Positions 31,363 to 41,682 of a stretch of 64,000 nucleotides of DNA are shown piece by piece. The DNA comes from Nitrospirota bacterium (GTDB lineage Bacteria; Nitrospirota; Thermodesulfovibrionia; Thermodesulfovibrionales; Dissulfurispiraceae): contig CAVPZX010000005.1 of the NCBI GenBank assembly GCA_963710375.1, forward strand, positions 1 through 64,000, given 5' to 3'. The translations under genes and the position numbers were made by a program. The notes under the pieces were generated by a model, which saw only the letters and a program-made list of their open reading frames with translations, was not told where the DNA came from and did not search any database. Numbering within the stretch: position 1 is the stretch's first letter; every line of letters begins with the position of its first letter.

Positions 31363-32256
31363 TCATTTATGCTGTTTGAGTAAAAAACCGGTAATCAGCT
31401 GATTGACTATGTCAGGTTGTTCCTGATGAACAAAATGGCCAGCAGAAGGAATGATGTGTTTTTCAAAATCGCGTAGAAAAGCAGACTCCATTCCTTCAGT
31501 TGTCTCGACACCCATGCATCCATCATTGGCGCCATGCAGATACATTGTTGGAACGGGAATGGGATCACTCAAGCGTTTCCGTATATCGGCCAAGCCCGGA
31601 TACTGAAGGGCCGGATTGAACAGGGAGCGATAATATCCCAATGCCGCTTTCAACACCTGAGGTTGGCGGAAAGCCTCCTTGATTTCGTTCATTACTGGTT
31701 TGGGGTAGAGCCAGCCGGGAGACCACTCTTGCCATAATCTGTCTATAAACTCAAAATCGTTATGGGCTATCGCCATCTCAGCGATTGGAAGCTGGAAGAA
31801 AAACATGTACCAGGAGCGACGCTGTTGCCTTGGATTGGATACCAGCGCTCGTCTAAAATTTCCTGCGGTTGGTACGGACATACAGACGATTTTCAAGATT
31901 TTATCCGGCGCAAGGATCGCTGCGCTACGAGCAACTATGGCGCCCCAATCGTGGCCTATCAGGATCGCGGGTCGTTCCGTAAGTTGTTCGATCAACGCCA
32001 ATACGTCTTGGACAAGAACCGCTACTTCATAAGGACCATCGGGCTCGGCAAAGCCCGGAAAATACCCACGCATGTAAGGAGCTACCACTCGGTATCCGTT
32101 TACTGCAAGGACAGGAATTTGATGGCGATAGGAAATCGGGAGGTCGGGAAAGCCGTGCAATGCTATGATGAGCGGCCCCTTTCCCTCTTCGAGTGCATGG
32201 ATAGTGGTACCATTCGCCTCAACAGTGATGCGGTTATAAGCGTGGTCAAGAACCAT
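31363..32256 (-). CDS. Alpha/beta hydrolase (epoxide hydrolase-like)
   Basis: LHGFPD, GHDWGA, HGANDGC, GHFVHQEQP. Start after AGGAGG. Confidence 0.9.
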   Translation of the reverse strand: MVLDHAYNRITVEANGTTIHALEEGKGPLIIALHGFPDLPISYRHQIPVLAVNGYRVVAPYMRGYFPGFAEPDGPYEVAVLVQDVLALIEQLTERPAILIGHDWGAIVARSAAILAPDKILKIVCMSVPTAGNFRRALVSNPRQQRRSWYMFFFQLPIAEMAIAHNDFEFIDRLWQEWSPGWLYPKPVMNEIKEAFRQPQVLKAALGYYRSLFNPALQYPGLADIRKRLSDPIPVPTMYLHGANDGCMGVETTEGMESAFLRDFEKHIIPSAGHFVHQEQPDIVNQLITGFLLKQHK

Positions 32257-32638
32257 AAGTCCTCCTTGATTTCCTTGGTTTCCTCTCCTTCGGCTCAACA
32301 CCGAACCGTGGGTCATTTATTTCAATAGCGCGGATTATTTCAGAAGCTGCCGATTCAAAATCCTCCGTATTCTCCGGCAAATATAACCACTTCTTGAGGA
32401 CAGGGTGTTGAACTATATAGTTGAACTCATTCACTATGGATTTATGATGCTCACGATCAGTCGGTATCAGCAATCCATTCCACGGTTCTTCACCTTCGGA
32501 CAAAAGCAAGACCATACGCCCGTGTAGATAGATCGCAAGACACCCGAACATGGATCTCTCTATGTAACTTGGCTCATCCATAATGGATTCAACTAGCCAA
32601 AGAAGGCGATGGTCTTTCCTTTTCTTTTTTGACGCCAT
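32246..32638 (-). CDS. Hypothetical protein, TfoX-N-like
   Basis: RSMFGCLAIYLHG..EPWNGLL..HPVLKKWLYLP..DPRFGV. Confidence 0.65.
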   Translation of the reverse strand: MASKKKRKDHRLLWLVESIMDEPSYIERSMFGCLAIYLHGRMVLLLSEGEEPWNGLLIPTDREHHKSIVNEFNYIVQHPVLKKWLYLPENTEDFESAASEIIRAIEINDPRFGVEPKERKPRKSRRTYGS

Positions 32639-32673
32639 ATTAAATTATAACCCAAACCTTTACATGGCCTATT

Positions 32674-35600
32674 TCATTGTGTGGTGAGGCCAAGTTCTGC
32701 TTTACTGAAATCCCGTCCCTTCCAGAGAATATAGATGGCTGGATAGATAATGAGTTCGAGTATTGTCGAAGTGACAACTCCGCCAACCATTGGTGCTGCT
32801 ATCCGTTTCATCACATCCGATCCGGCGCCGTGGCTGAACATTATAGGTATCAGTCCTGCAAGGATGACAGCAACGGTCATGATCTTGGGCCTTATCCTTT
32901 TCACCGCTCCGTACATGACCGCTTCTTTCAGCGCATCGGGGCCCGTGAGCTTCCCCTCCTTTTTCCATTTCTCGTATGCAAGCTCAAGGTAAAGGAGCAT
33001 CACGACTCCTGTCTCGGCATCAAGCCCCGCAAGTGCAATAATGCCTACCCATACGGCAATACTCATGTTGTAGCCGAGCAGATAGAGAAGCCAGAACGAG
33101 CCCACAAGCGAGAAAGGCACGGCCATGAGCACAATCCCGGTCTTTATAAAAGACTTTGTGTTGAAATAGATGAGAATAAAGATAACGAACAGCGTGACCG
33201 GGATAACGATCTTCAGCCTTTCATGGGTTTTCACCAGGTATTCGTACTCTCCGCTCCACTGGAGACGGTATCCCGCAGGGATTTCAAGGGAGGCTACCCT
33301 CTTTTTGGCGTCATCAACATAGCCGCCCACATCCCTGCCTGCAAAGTCTATATAGACATAAGAGGTAAGCAACCCTTCCTCGCTCTTTATGGCGGTAGGT
33401 CCCCTGACTATTTTGATGTCTGCAAGTTCCCCAAGAGGGACCTGCATAATTCTCTGCTGTACCGGCATCCCCTGAGCGGCAGCAGGAGCCTGACCTTCCA
33501 TTACAGGTACCAGCACACGCCTGATGTCTTCAACACTGCTCCTCATGTCCCTGAAATACCGCACGTTTACAGGATACCTCTCCCTTCCTTCAACAGTGGT
33601 TGTAAGGTTCATGCCCCCTACTGCAGACTCAATGATATCCTGTACATCCTTGACAGTTAGACCATATCTGGCAGCTGCTTCCCGATTCACATCGATATCA
33701 AAGAAATAGCCGGTAGTAACACGCTCGGCGTAGACGCTGCGCGTGCCTGGAACGTCCTGTATCCGCTTCTCGATTTCGAGGCCGATGCGTTCAATCTCTT
33801 CAAGGTTAGACCCCAGTATCTTGATGCCTACCGGAGTTCTGATGCCGGTGGAAAGCATATCGATCCTCGCCTTTATAGGCATCGTAAATGAATTCGCGAC
33901 TCCCGGTATGGTAAGGGCATCGTTCATCTCGAACTTGAGCTTTTCCACGGTCATCCCCGGTCTCCACTGCGATTCAGGCTTCAGGTTTATAACAGTCTCG
34001 AACATTTCCAAAGGCGCAGGGTCCGTAGGGGTTTCGGCGCGTCCAGCCTTGCCGAATACCTGAGATACTTCCGGTATACGCATCAGGATACGGTCCTGGA
34101 TTTGGATGAGTTTGGATACTTCAGATACAGAAGCAGCAGGCACTGTTACCGGCATATACATCAGCGAACCTTCATATAACGGAGGCATAAATTCAGAGCC
34201 GAGTTTGGTAAATGGGATTACAGTAACCGCCATAATGATCACTGCAATAAAAATCACGGTCTTTTTGTAGCTGAGAGCAATCTTGGCGACCGGCTCGTAA
34301 AACTTGTGGAGGATGCGGCTCACCGGGTGTTTCTCCTCCGGATAAATGGTGAAGAAATATTTAATGACAGGCAACTTGCCGAGCCTGCTTTCTCTGATAA
34401 AGAGCGACATCAGCACCGGCGTCAGCGTAACAGCGAGGAACGATGAGAACAGCATTGCAAATGTCTTCGTGTAAGCCAAAGGCTTGAACAATCTGCCGGC
34501 CTGTTCCTGTAATGTGAACACGGGAAGAAACCCAACCGTAATAACAAGGAGCGAGAAAAAAAGCGACGGCCCTACCTCTTTGGCAGCGTCGATTATTACA
34601 TCAGTCCTGCTGCAATACAGCTCGCGGTCACATTCCCAGGCTTCCATTTTTTTATGAGCATTTTCGACCATGATGATCGAGGCGTTAACCATGGCCCCGA
34701 TAGCAATAGCAATGCCGCTCAGGCTCATGATATTCGATGTAACGCCAATATAGTGCATACAGATGAACGAAATGATAATCGCCACAGGGAGAGTAAGGAT
34801 TACGACAAGGGCGCTCGGCAGATGGAACAGGAATATAATGCAGACCGCGCTCACTGCAATGGAGAGCTTGAGAATTTCATCTTTAAGCGTTTCGATGGAC
34901 CTGTGGATAAGGTCCGACCGGTCATAAGTGACTACAATCTTCACCCCTTTGGGAAGGCTCGGCTCAATATCGGTCTTTAACTTCTGCTTCACCCTATCGA
35001 TTACATTAAGGACATTCTGCCCGAACCTGACGACAACTATCCCAGCCGCCGTTTCACCCTTACCGTCGAGTTCAGCGAGTCCCCGGCGAATTTCAGGACC
35101 CAGCTGCACGCGGGCGATGTCCTTCACAAAAACAGGGGTCCCGGAAATGCTGGCGCCGACAGGTATATCTTCGATGTCACCCAGGCTTTTGATGTACCCC
35201 TTTCCCCTGACCATATATTCTGTGCCGGAGAATTCCAGTACCCTGCCCTCCACATCCTGGTTGCTTTTCCCGACCGCATCGAGCACTTTCGGCAAAGGGA
35301 TGTTATAAGCCAGAAGTTTGTTGGGATCAATCGTTATCTGGTACTGTTTCACAAAGCCGCCGACGCTCGCTACCTCCGATACGCCGGGTACGCTTTCAAG
35401 GGCGAGTTTAACATTATAGTCCTGAATGGAACGCAATTCCGCCAGGTTGTGGCCTCCTGTCTCGTCAACCAGGGCATATTCGAAGCCCCATCCGACGCCT
35501 GTACCATCGGGGCCGAGAACAGGGTTTACATCGGCGGGTATCTTGTTCTTTACTGCCTGGAGGTATTCCAGCACCCTGGTCCGCGCCCAGTAGATATCAG

Positions 35601-35901
35601 TGCCTTCCTTAAAGATGACATATATAAAGGAACTGCCCAGGAATGAGAAACCCCTAACAGCCTGTACCTCCGGGGCCGCAAGGAGAGTCGAGGATATCGG
35701 GTATGTAATCTGGTCCTCTACAAGATCGGGGCTCCTGCCGCTCCAGTCAGTGTAAACAATGACCTGGGTGTCGCTCAAGTCGGGAATGGCGTCTAGGGGA
35801 GTTTTTTTCAGCGCCCAGTAGCCCCAGACTATAAGGAATGCTACGAAAAGAAAAATGACAAACTTGTTCCTCGCGCTGAATTCAATTATTTTGGCGATCA
35901 T
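32674..35901 (-). CDS. cusA: CusA/CzcA heavy-metal RND permease
   Basis: PLDAIPDLSDTQVIV, LGPDGTGVGW, LGSEFMPPLYEG..YMP, DPAPLEM, RIRPKIMT. Confidence 0.93.
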   Translation of the reverse strand: MIAKIIEFSARNKFVIFLFVAFLIVWGYWALKKTPLDAIPDLSDTQVIVYTDWSGRSPDLVEDQITYPISSTLLAAPEVQAVRGFSFLGSSFIYVIFKEGTDIYWARTRVLEYLQAVKNKIPADVNPVLGPDGTGVGWGFEYALVDETGGHNLAELRSIQDYNVKLALESVPGVSEVASVGGFVKQYQITIDPNKLLAYNIPLPKVLDAVGKSNQDVEGRVLEFSGTEYMVRGKGYIKSLGDIEDIPVGASISGTPVFVKDIARVQLGPEIRRGLAELDGKGETAAGIVVVRFGQNVLNVIDRVKQKLKTDIEPSLPKGVKIVVTYDRSDLIHRSIETLKDEILKLSIAVSAVCIIFLFHLPSALVVILTLPVAIIISFICMHYIGVTSNIMSLSGIAIAIGAMVNASIIMVENAHKKMEAWECDRELYCSRTDVIIDAAKEVGPSLFFSLLVITVGFLPVFTLQEQAGRLFKPLAYTKTFAMLFSSFLAVTLTPVLMSLFIRESRLGKLPVIKYFFTIYPEEKHPVSRILHKFYEPVAKIALSYKKTVIFIAVIIMAVTVIPFTKLGSEFMPPLYEGSLMYMPVTVPAASVSEVSKLIQIQDRILMRIPEVSQVFGKAGRAETPTDPAPLEMFETVINLKPESQWRPGMTVEKLKFEMNDALTIPGVANSFTMPIKARIDMLSTGIRTPVGIKILGSNLEEIERIGLEIEKRIQDVPGTRSVYAERVTTGYFFDIDVNREAAARYGLTVKDVQDIIESAVGGMNLTTTVEGRERYPVNVRYFRDMRSSVEDIRRVLVPVMEGQAPAAAQGMPVQQRIMQVPLGELADIKIVRGPTAIKSEEGLLTSYVYIDFAGRDVGGYVDDAKKRVASLEIPAGYRLQWSGEYEYLVKTHERLKIVIPVTLFVIFILIYFNTKSFIKTGIVLMAVPFSLVGSFWLLYLLGYNMSIAVWVGIIALAGLDAETGVVMLLYLELAYEKWKKEGKLTGPDALKEAVMYGAVKRIRPKIMTVAVILAGLIPIMFSHGAGSDVMKRIAAPMVGGVVTSTILELIIYPAIYILWKGRDFSKAELGLTTQ

Positions 35902-37154
35902 TATTTAACGATGCCTTTCAGTTTAGCTTCGGAATCGATCAGGAAGTTCGCAGCTGACGCAACACGTTCGCCGGCCTTTAGACCCGACATAATCTCGACC
36001 ATTCCATCGGCCCTGATGCCGATGGTCACTTCGCGCGGTTCGAAATTGCCTTCTCCCTTGTCAACATAGACCACCTGGCGCTTTCCCGCATCAAGAATTG
36101 CATCATCCGGAATAACCAGCTTCTTGCCCAGGTTGATCTTGACCTCGACGTCAGTATACATCTGCGGCTTCAGCTTGTTGCCGGGATTCGGGACAGTAAA
36201 CCTTACCTTGGCGGAGCGGGTATCGCCGGCAATCGTGGGGTAAACATAGTCAATTGTTGATGAAAACTCCCTGCCGGGAAAATAGCTCAGGCTGATCAGG
36301 GCCTTCTCCCCGGTTTTTATGAGCGGAAGCTCGTATTCGAAGATATCGGACAATATCCACACCGTCGAAAGATCGGCAATGTCAAAAAGCTTCTCGCCAG
36401 GCATAGTCCGCATGCCCTGGAAAGCCATTTTCTGCACTACGTAGCCGCTAACCGGGCTGTAAATGGTAAGAGACCGCACCGGTTTTCCGGTTTGCTCGAT
36501 CCTGTTTATCTGCTCTTCGGAAATGTCCATTAGACGCAATCGCTGCCGAGCCCCTTCGACAATAGCTCTCGAATCGTTTGCAAGCATTGAGCCTACAGCA
36601 TCATTTTTGACCGCCTTGTTCTTCTTGTCCCATTGCAGCAGGTCGATAAACTCCTGCTGTGTCGCCAGAAGTTCCGGGCTGTAAATCTCGGCAAGCGGCT
36701 CTCCCTTACGTACGTACCTGCCCGTATAATCAACATGGAGCTTTTCTATCCATCCCTCGAATTTCGTATTCACCGTGGCAAGCCGCCGCTCGTCGTATTG
36801 CACCATCCCCACGGTCCTTATGATTTTCTGAAGCGGCTTTATCCCGGCAACAACGGTTTTTACGCCAATTAGCTGCTGTTTTTCCGGTGGGATTTCTACT
36901 GTCGGCGCTTCTTCTTGCTCCTGCTCCGCAGAAGCGGCCTGTTGCCCCGGCTGAACAGCAGCCAGCTGCTGGGACTGCTGTGCGGGCATGTTCATGCCTG
37001 GCATCGTTTTGCCCTGATCGGCTGCCGCCACTGGTGTCTGCACAGGAGCGGGTTTTTTCTTCGAGGAGACAAGACTATTTCCAAAGACATAGATTAAAGC
37101 CGCCAGAACAATAATAGTGCCTCCGGCGACGACAGTAATAAACCTTTTTTTCAT
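35901..37154 (-). CDS. cusB: CusB-type RND periplasmic adaptor
   Basis: GWIEKL..YSPEL...QQEF, DLSTVW, YVYPT, LKPQM, FLIDSE. Confidence 0.88.
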   Translation of the reverse strand: MKKRFITVVAGGTIIVLAALIYVFGNSLVSSKKKPAPVQTPVAAADQGKTMPGMNMPAQQSQQLAAVQPGQQAASAEQEQEEAPTVEIPPEKQQLIGVKTVVAGIKPLQKIIRTVGMVQYDERRLATVNTKFEGWIEKLHVDYTGRYVRKGEPLAEIYSPELLATQQEFIDLLQWDKKNKAVKNDAVGSMLANDSRAIVEGARQRLRLMDISEEQINRIEQTGKPVRSLTIYSPVSGYVVQKMAFQGMRTMPGEKLFDIADLSTVWILSDIFEYELPLIKTGEKALISLSYFPGREFSSTIDYVYPTIAGDTRSAKVRFTVPNPGNKLKPQMYTDVEVKINLGKKLVIPDDAILDAGKRQVVYVDKGEGNFEPREVTIGIRADGMVEIMSGLKAGERVASAANFLIDSEAKLKGIVK

Positions 37155-38485
37155 TTTCGATTCCCCTTCCGGATATTGATAGCTGCGCCTGACAACCCGG
37201 TTGAAGCCTCGACCCGCGCTATTGCTTTTTCACGCTCTGCCCACTGCAACCAGTACGATATTTCGTAATCTATTATCGACTTCAGTCTCGTTATAACGGT
37301 CAGAGCGTCGTTAGAACCTGTCCGGTATCCGGACAGGGAAAGCTCGACATCCTGCAAGCTTTTAGGAATGAGGCCGTCTTTGTAAAGCTGCATCAGCTTG
37401 TCAGAGGCCTTGATCATAGCATAGTTGTCCCTGATTCCAGAGGCGATCATGAGTCTCGCCGATTCCCTTTCGCTCCGTGCCTCGTTGAGAGACGCTTCGG
37501 CTTCGTTCACCGCCTGCCGTTGCTTCGTCCGTTCAAAAATCGGTATGTTTATTGTCGTTGTAAGACTCCACATATCTTGAAAGTTATTTCCGCGCGGGAA
37601 ATAACTGCCCGTAATCGTGAAATCAGGGTAGTAATCCTTTTTTGCAAGCGCAACCTTTATTTCAGCCGCATCGATCTTCTTGTCCAGGGACTTGATTTCG
37701 GGAGATTGCTCGTTCGCCATAGCGATCAGTTCATTGAGCGAATAGATCATGCCTGCCGGCGGCAGGTCAGCCGGCCTTCCGAGCTGCGCATCGGCCGGCC
37801 GGCCCACAGTTGTATTCATTATGGCATCGAGGGCCTCCACCTTCTGCCTCAGCATCGTCTGCTTTTCAAGCAGCATGTATTTCTCAGTCTGGGCCATCAG
37901 AACTTCCTGCTGAGACCCTTTCCCGGTAGAATAACGGGCAAGGGCGGCATCTTCCACCTGGGTAAAAAGGTTGGTCCTCTCATTAATAAGGTCAATATTT
38001 TTATATGTTCCATACAAATCGAAATATATCTCCTTCACCTTAGCTATTATTTTCAGGCGGAGGGCCTCAGATTCCGCACCTATGCTTGCTGATTCTTTCG
38101 AGGCCGCCTCTCCTCTTAAAGCGAGCTTACCGGGAAAGGGAAAAGTCTGCGCGACAGCGACTATCCCCTGGGTGTTGGGATTGTCCGGATTGCCGTAAGT
38201 GAATTTATTGAACCCTTCGTTCTGATAGCCGAAAGTGATCATAGGGTCCGGAAGGGTCTTTACCTGCGGTATGCGATATTCTGCCGCAGATGTTCTGTAC
38301 CCGGAGGCATGCAGATCGGGACTGTTTTTGAGCGCTTCGTCGATAAGCTGCTGTAGGTTCAGGTCTTCGGCCTGAACCTGAGCTGCAGCAAGAAAGAAAA
38401 TTGCAAAAGCTGCAAGCCAGGACAGGGCGATGGACAAGCGGCTGTGCGAGATAAACCTCCATATTGCCGATGTTGCGTATTCCAT
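37151..38485 (-). CDS. TolC-family outer membrane factor (CusC-like)
   Basis: LPDPMI, QTFPFPGKL, YYPDF; first gene of the OMF-MFP-RND operon. Confidence 0.88.
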   Translation of the reverse strand: MEYATSAIWRFISHSRLSIALSWLAAFAIFFLAAAQVQAEDLNLQQLIDEALKNSPDLHASGYRTSAAEYRIPQVKTLPDPMITFGYQNEGFNKFTYGNPDNPNTQGIVAVAQTFPFPGKLALRGEAASKESASIGAESEALRLKIIAKVKEIYFDLYGTYKNIDLINERTNLFTQVEDAALARYSTGKGSQQEVLMAQTEKYMLLEKQTMLRQKVEALDAIMNTTVGRPADAQLGRPADLPPAGMIYSLNELIAMANEQSPEIKSLDKKIDAAEIKVALAKKDYYPDFTITGSYFPRGNNFQDMWSLTTTINIPIFERTKQRQAVNEAEASLNEARSERESARLMIASGIRDNYAMIKASDKLMQLYKDGLIPKSLQDVELSLSGYRTGSNDALTVITRLKSIIDYEISYWLQWAEREKAIARVEASTGLSGAAINIRKGNRK

Positions 38486-38517
38486 TACGCTATCCTCCTC
38501 TTTACTTTGTTCGTATG

Positions 38518-38907
38518 TTACTGGGAGTTAACATTGAACTTGACACTGGAAGTCTTGCCGCCTCTCGTTATTTTTACCGCTACATTCCAGGTACCTGACA
38601 TAGGCAAATTCATATTGGCCGCATATGTTGCTCCTGTCAATACCGCATCGGTCTTATAGTTCATCGCAGGCATCGGGGGCATGGCAGGCATCGAATAACT
38701 GACCGTTACCTTTGCATCGGTCACATACTTGCCGGCAGCGTCTTTTACGGTAACAGTTACATTGTTGTTACCTACAACCGGCGGGTTCTTGTCTATCGTA
38801 ACCAGCACATTATATTCCCCGGCCTTTTTTGTGACTTCATAATCCTTTGCATACACTACACCTGCCACCAAAATGACTGCCAGGATTAATACCAATAAGC
38901 GTTTCAT
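38518..38907 (-). CDS. FixH/YtkA-like Met-rich periplasmic protein, paralog 1
   Basis: Signal peptide; DKNPPVVGNN, YSMPAMPPMPAM, MSGTWNV. GGAGG SD. Confidence 0.82.
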   Translation of the reverse strand: MKRLLVLILAVILVAGVVYAKDYEVTKKAGEYNVLVTIDKNPPVVGNNNVTVTVKDAAGKYVTDAKVTVSYSMPAMPPMPAMNYKTDAVLTGATYAANMNLPMSGTWNVAVKITRGGKTSSVKFNVNSQ

Positions 38908-38982
38908 AAGCACCTCCTGATGTTTATTTTTCAACTTTTTCAAAGCATAATATCCTTTATTCGGATTATATTACACTTTACG

Positions 38983-39001
38983 TGTGAAGAAAATATGAAG
39001 A
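38983..39001 (-). promoter_or_regulatory. Putative OmpR-family tandem direct-repeat box
   Basis: TGTGAAGAAAATATGAAGA (T[GA]TGAAGA x2, 11-bp period), identical at 39651-39669. Confidence 0.6.
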
Positions 39002-39206
39002 GTATGTTTAATATTCACCTCATCCGCATTTTTTGGGTAGACAGATATGTTTCCGGCGGCAGTTCCTCAAGGACGCGTGAAGCTTCTGTTTATTTCGCCT
39101 CATCAACAATACTCAAAACTATCCTGTCAACTTCATCAGCAATGGATTGAATATCCGCTTTGGGCAGCTTTTGCCCATTACGCCGGTCTCTTTAATATAT
39201 CGTTTA

Positions 39207-39596
39207 TTACTGAGCGTCCACATTAAACTTGACGGAGGAAGTCTTGCCGCCCTTTGTTATTTTCACCGCTACATTCCACGAGCCTGACATCGAGGGATTC
39301 AGAGTAGCGGCATATTTTGTCCCCGTCAATAAAGCTATGGTTTTGTAATTGGCTGCAGGCATCCCCGGCATAGCCGGCATGGAATAATTGACCAATACCT
39401 TTGCATCGGTAACAGGCCTGCCGGAGGCGTCCGTAATCTCAATTTCCATGCTGTTATTACCGACAACAGGCGGGTTTTTGTCGAGCCTTACCTGGACATT
39501 ATAATCGCCGGCCCTCTGTTTCATTTCAAGACCACTTGCATACGCAACCCCTGCTATCAACACAACTGCCAGCACCAATACCATTAACCGTTTCAT
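39207..39596 (-). CDS. FixH/YtkA-like Met-rich periplasmic protein, paralog 2
   Basis: Closely similar to 38518-38907 (DKNPPVVGNN, YSMPAMPGMP, GGKTSSVKFNV). Confidence 0.82.
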   Translation of the reverse strand: MKRLMVLVLAVVLIAGVAYASGLEMKQRAGDYNVQVRLDKNPPVVGNNSMEIEITDASGRPVTDAKVLVNYSMPAMPGMPAANYKTIALLTGTKYAATLNPSMSGSWNVAVKITKGGKTSSVKFNVDAQ

Positions 39597-39650
39597 AAGT
39601 ACCTCCCGATATTTGTTTTTTAGCTTCTCAGTTTTAGACTATCATTTGTT

Positions 39651-39669
39651 TGTGAAGAAAATATGAAGA
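39651..39669 (-). promoter_or_regulatory. Putative OmpR-family tandem direct-repeat box
   Basis: 19-bp identity with 38983-39001, upstream of paralog 2. Confidence 0.6.
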
Positions 39670-39719
39670 CGCTATGTCGGATAATTTACACGTCTTCGTT
39701 CTACGTGTTACGATAAGAA

Positions 39720-40136
39720 ATGGATAATATTTTCGGTATGACAGGGCGCCTGAACCACCAGGTGCAGTTAGATACTGTTCTTCATATGGCCAAAGATGAC
39801 ATGGATATACTTGCTGTGATTCTCTTTGGCAGCGCGGCAAGAGGCGAAGTCACCGCCGGGTCTGATACAGATGTCTGTATTGTTCTTGATCAACATTCCA
39901 ACCCTTCAGTTTCTTCGGCTAAACGACTTCAATATCTCTCCGTAGCTGATCTTGATATTGTGATATTTCAGCAGCTTCCGATATACATCAGACATAGGGT
40001 CATAAAAGAAGGCAAGGTGCTTTTCTGCCGCGATGAAGATATGCTCTATGCTATCGCACTTAGAAACGCACGGGAATTTGAAGACTTCCGTCACATATAC
40101 AAGGAATACCTTGGAGAGGTCTCACTTGCTCGATAG
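39720..40136 (+). CDS. Minimal nucleotidyltransferase (MntA-type antitoxin); start uncertain
   Basis: LFGSAARGE...SDTDV. Confidence 0.85.
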   Translation: MDNIFGMTGRLNHQVQLDTVLHMAKDDMDILAVILFGSAARGEVTAGSDTDVCIVLDQHSNPSVSSAKRLQYLSVADLDIVIFQQLPIYIRHRVIKEGKVLFCRDEDMLYAIALRNAREFEDFRHIYKEYLGEVSLAR

Positions 40137-40554
40137 AGAAAGAATCCTGTCTAAAATTGATTCGCTGGAGGGATACCTAAGAGAGTTGCAAGCAATTGTG
40201 CCTGGAAGCTACAGTGAATATCTTTCATCGTCAGAAAAGCGGAGGGCATGCGAGAGGCTTTTGCAAATATCGGTAGAATGCGTTCTTGACATATGCAGTC
40301 TTTTTGTTGCAGGGCTCCGCCTGGGTCTTCCTGCGGAGGAATCAGACCTCATTGAACTGCTCTGCAACAACAAGGTCCTTTCTGCTGATACAGCCGCGAT
40401 TGTTCGTTCTATGAAAGGCTTCAGAAATATCCTGGTTCAGGACTATGCCGGAACAGACACCGCTATTATTTATCAGATTGCCACAGAACGATTGATGGAC
40501 TTTGAAAGATTTATCAAGGAGGTGCTGGGTGCGTTACGGCGAGAAGGCGATTAG
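40126..40554 (+). CDS. HEPN/DUF86 (HepT-like) protein with altered catalytic motif
   Basis: [26 protein letters not shown] where Rx4H is expected. TTG start after GGAGAGG. Confidence 0.85.
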   Translation: MLDRERILSKIDSLEGYLRELQAIVPGSYSEYLSSSEKRRACERLLQISVECVLDICSLFVAGLRLGLPAEESDLIELLCNNKVLSADTAAIVRSMKGFRNILVQDYAGTDTAIIYQIATERLMDFERFIKEVLGALRREGD

Positions 40555-40909
40555 CAAAGCCTGTCTGGAGGTCTGGGATAACCCCTCTCCAGAACGGGAT
40601 TATGAGATTGCTATAGCGTTTCCTGAATTTACCTGTCTCTGCCCCAGGTCAGGATACCCGGATTTCGGGACAATAAAACTAAATTACATCCCTGCAAAAA
40701 AGATTGTCGAACTGAAATCATTTAAGCTGTACCTGAACGCTTTCAGGGACATCCATATATCGCACGAGGAAGTGACAAACAGGATTTATGCGGATCTGAA
40801 AAGCCTGCTCAGGCCGCGGTACATCGAAGTGATCGGAGATTTCAACCCAAGGGGGAATGTGAAGACCGTAATACGGGTTGCCTCGAAGCAGCCAACCGGT
40901 CCCAAATAA
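40529..40909 (+). CDS. queF: preQ1 synthase (NADPH-dependent 7-cyano-7-deazaguanine reductase)
   Basis: [39 protein letters not shown] start after AGGAGG. Confidence 0.93.
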   Translation: MRYGEKAISKACLEVWDNPSPERDYEIAIAFPEFTCLCPRSGYPDFGTIKLNYIPAKKIVELKSFKLYLNAFRDIHISHEEVTNRIYADLKSLLRPRYIEVIGDFNPRGNVKTVIRVASKQPTGPK

Positions 40910-40911
40910 AT

Positions 40912-41535
40912 CTAATGATTTTTTAGGATACCCTTTGCACGCTCGATAAAAAGTCTCATTTTCTTTAAGTCCTTCTTGCCTTTTTTCTCTTCAATTCCGC
41001 TGCTCACATCAACGGCATAGGGCCTTACCCGCTTGATTGCCTTCTCGATATTCTCCGTATTAAGTCCACCGGAAAGAATAATATTGCCGAACCGCTTTGC
41101 TTCAACAGCGATGTCCCAGTTAAATATCTGTCCGGTACCCCCGAATTTCCCCGGCGAATAGGTATCCAGGAGAAAGGCTGATACCCTGCTGCAGGCCTCA
41201 AGCGGTTTTAGGTCGGTAAAGTCTTTTACCCTTAATGCCCTGATGACCCTGTGCCATGCAGCACATACGGCAGGGGCCTCTTCGCCGTGCAGCTGAAGTA
41301 CATTCATTCCCGAGTATTGCATGATCTCCTTGATTTTTTGCTCAGTCTCATTAACGAAGACGCCGACGGTGGTAACTAACGGAGGCATATAGGAGGTTAT
41401 CTCCCGTGCCGTTTCAGGAGAAACATATCTGGGGCTTTCCGGGAAAAAAATGAACCCAAGCGCATCTGCGCCATAATCGACTGCTGCCAACGCATCTTCG
41501 ATATTCGTTATGCCGCAAATCTTAACGCGTACCAT
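40912..41535 (-). CDS. trpF: Phosphoribosylanthranilate isomerase
   Basis: VKICGIT, GADALGFIF..SPR, QLHGEE, GGTG..FNW, AVDVSSG. Confidence 0.95.
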   Translation of the reverse strand: MVRVKICGITNIEDALAAVDYGADALGFIFFPESPRYVSPETAREITSYMPPLVTTVGVFVNETEQKIKEIMQYSGMNVLQLHGEEAPAVCAAWHRVIRALRVKDFTDLKPLEACSRVSAFLLDTYSPGKFGGTGQIFNWDIAVEAKRFGNIILSGGLNTENIEKAIKRVRPYAVDVSSGIEEKKGKKDLKKMRLFIERAKGILKNH

Positions 41536-41682
41536 TTTTCTAAGTATATCATAATTTTGAGTGTTCGCCCCAAGATAATTGGAAATTCAGCCTGTCCACG
41601 AGCGGGCATAGGCAATAACGTTTATTTTATCTGGTATTTATGTTATATTATTTAAAGTTTTCTACTTTTACCGGAGGAATTT

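Noticed and set aside
39010..39190. Possible gene remnant between the FixH paralogs
   Set aside because: Short frame with an internal stop and no recognisable family.
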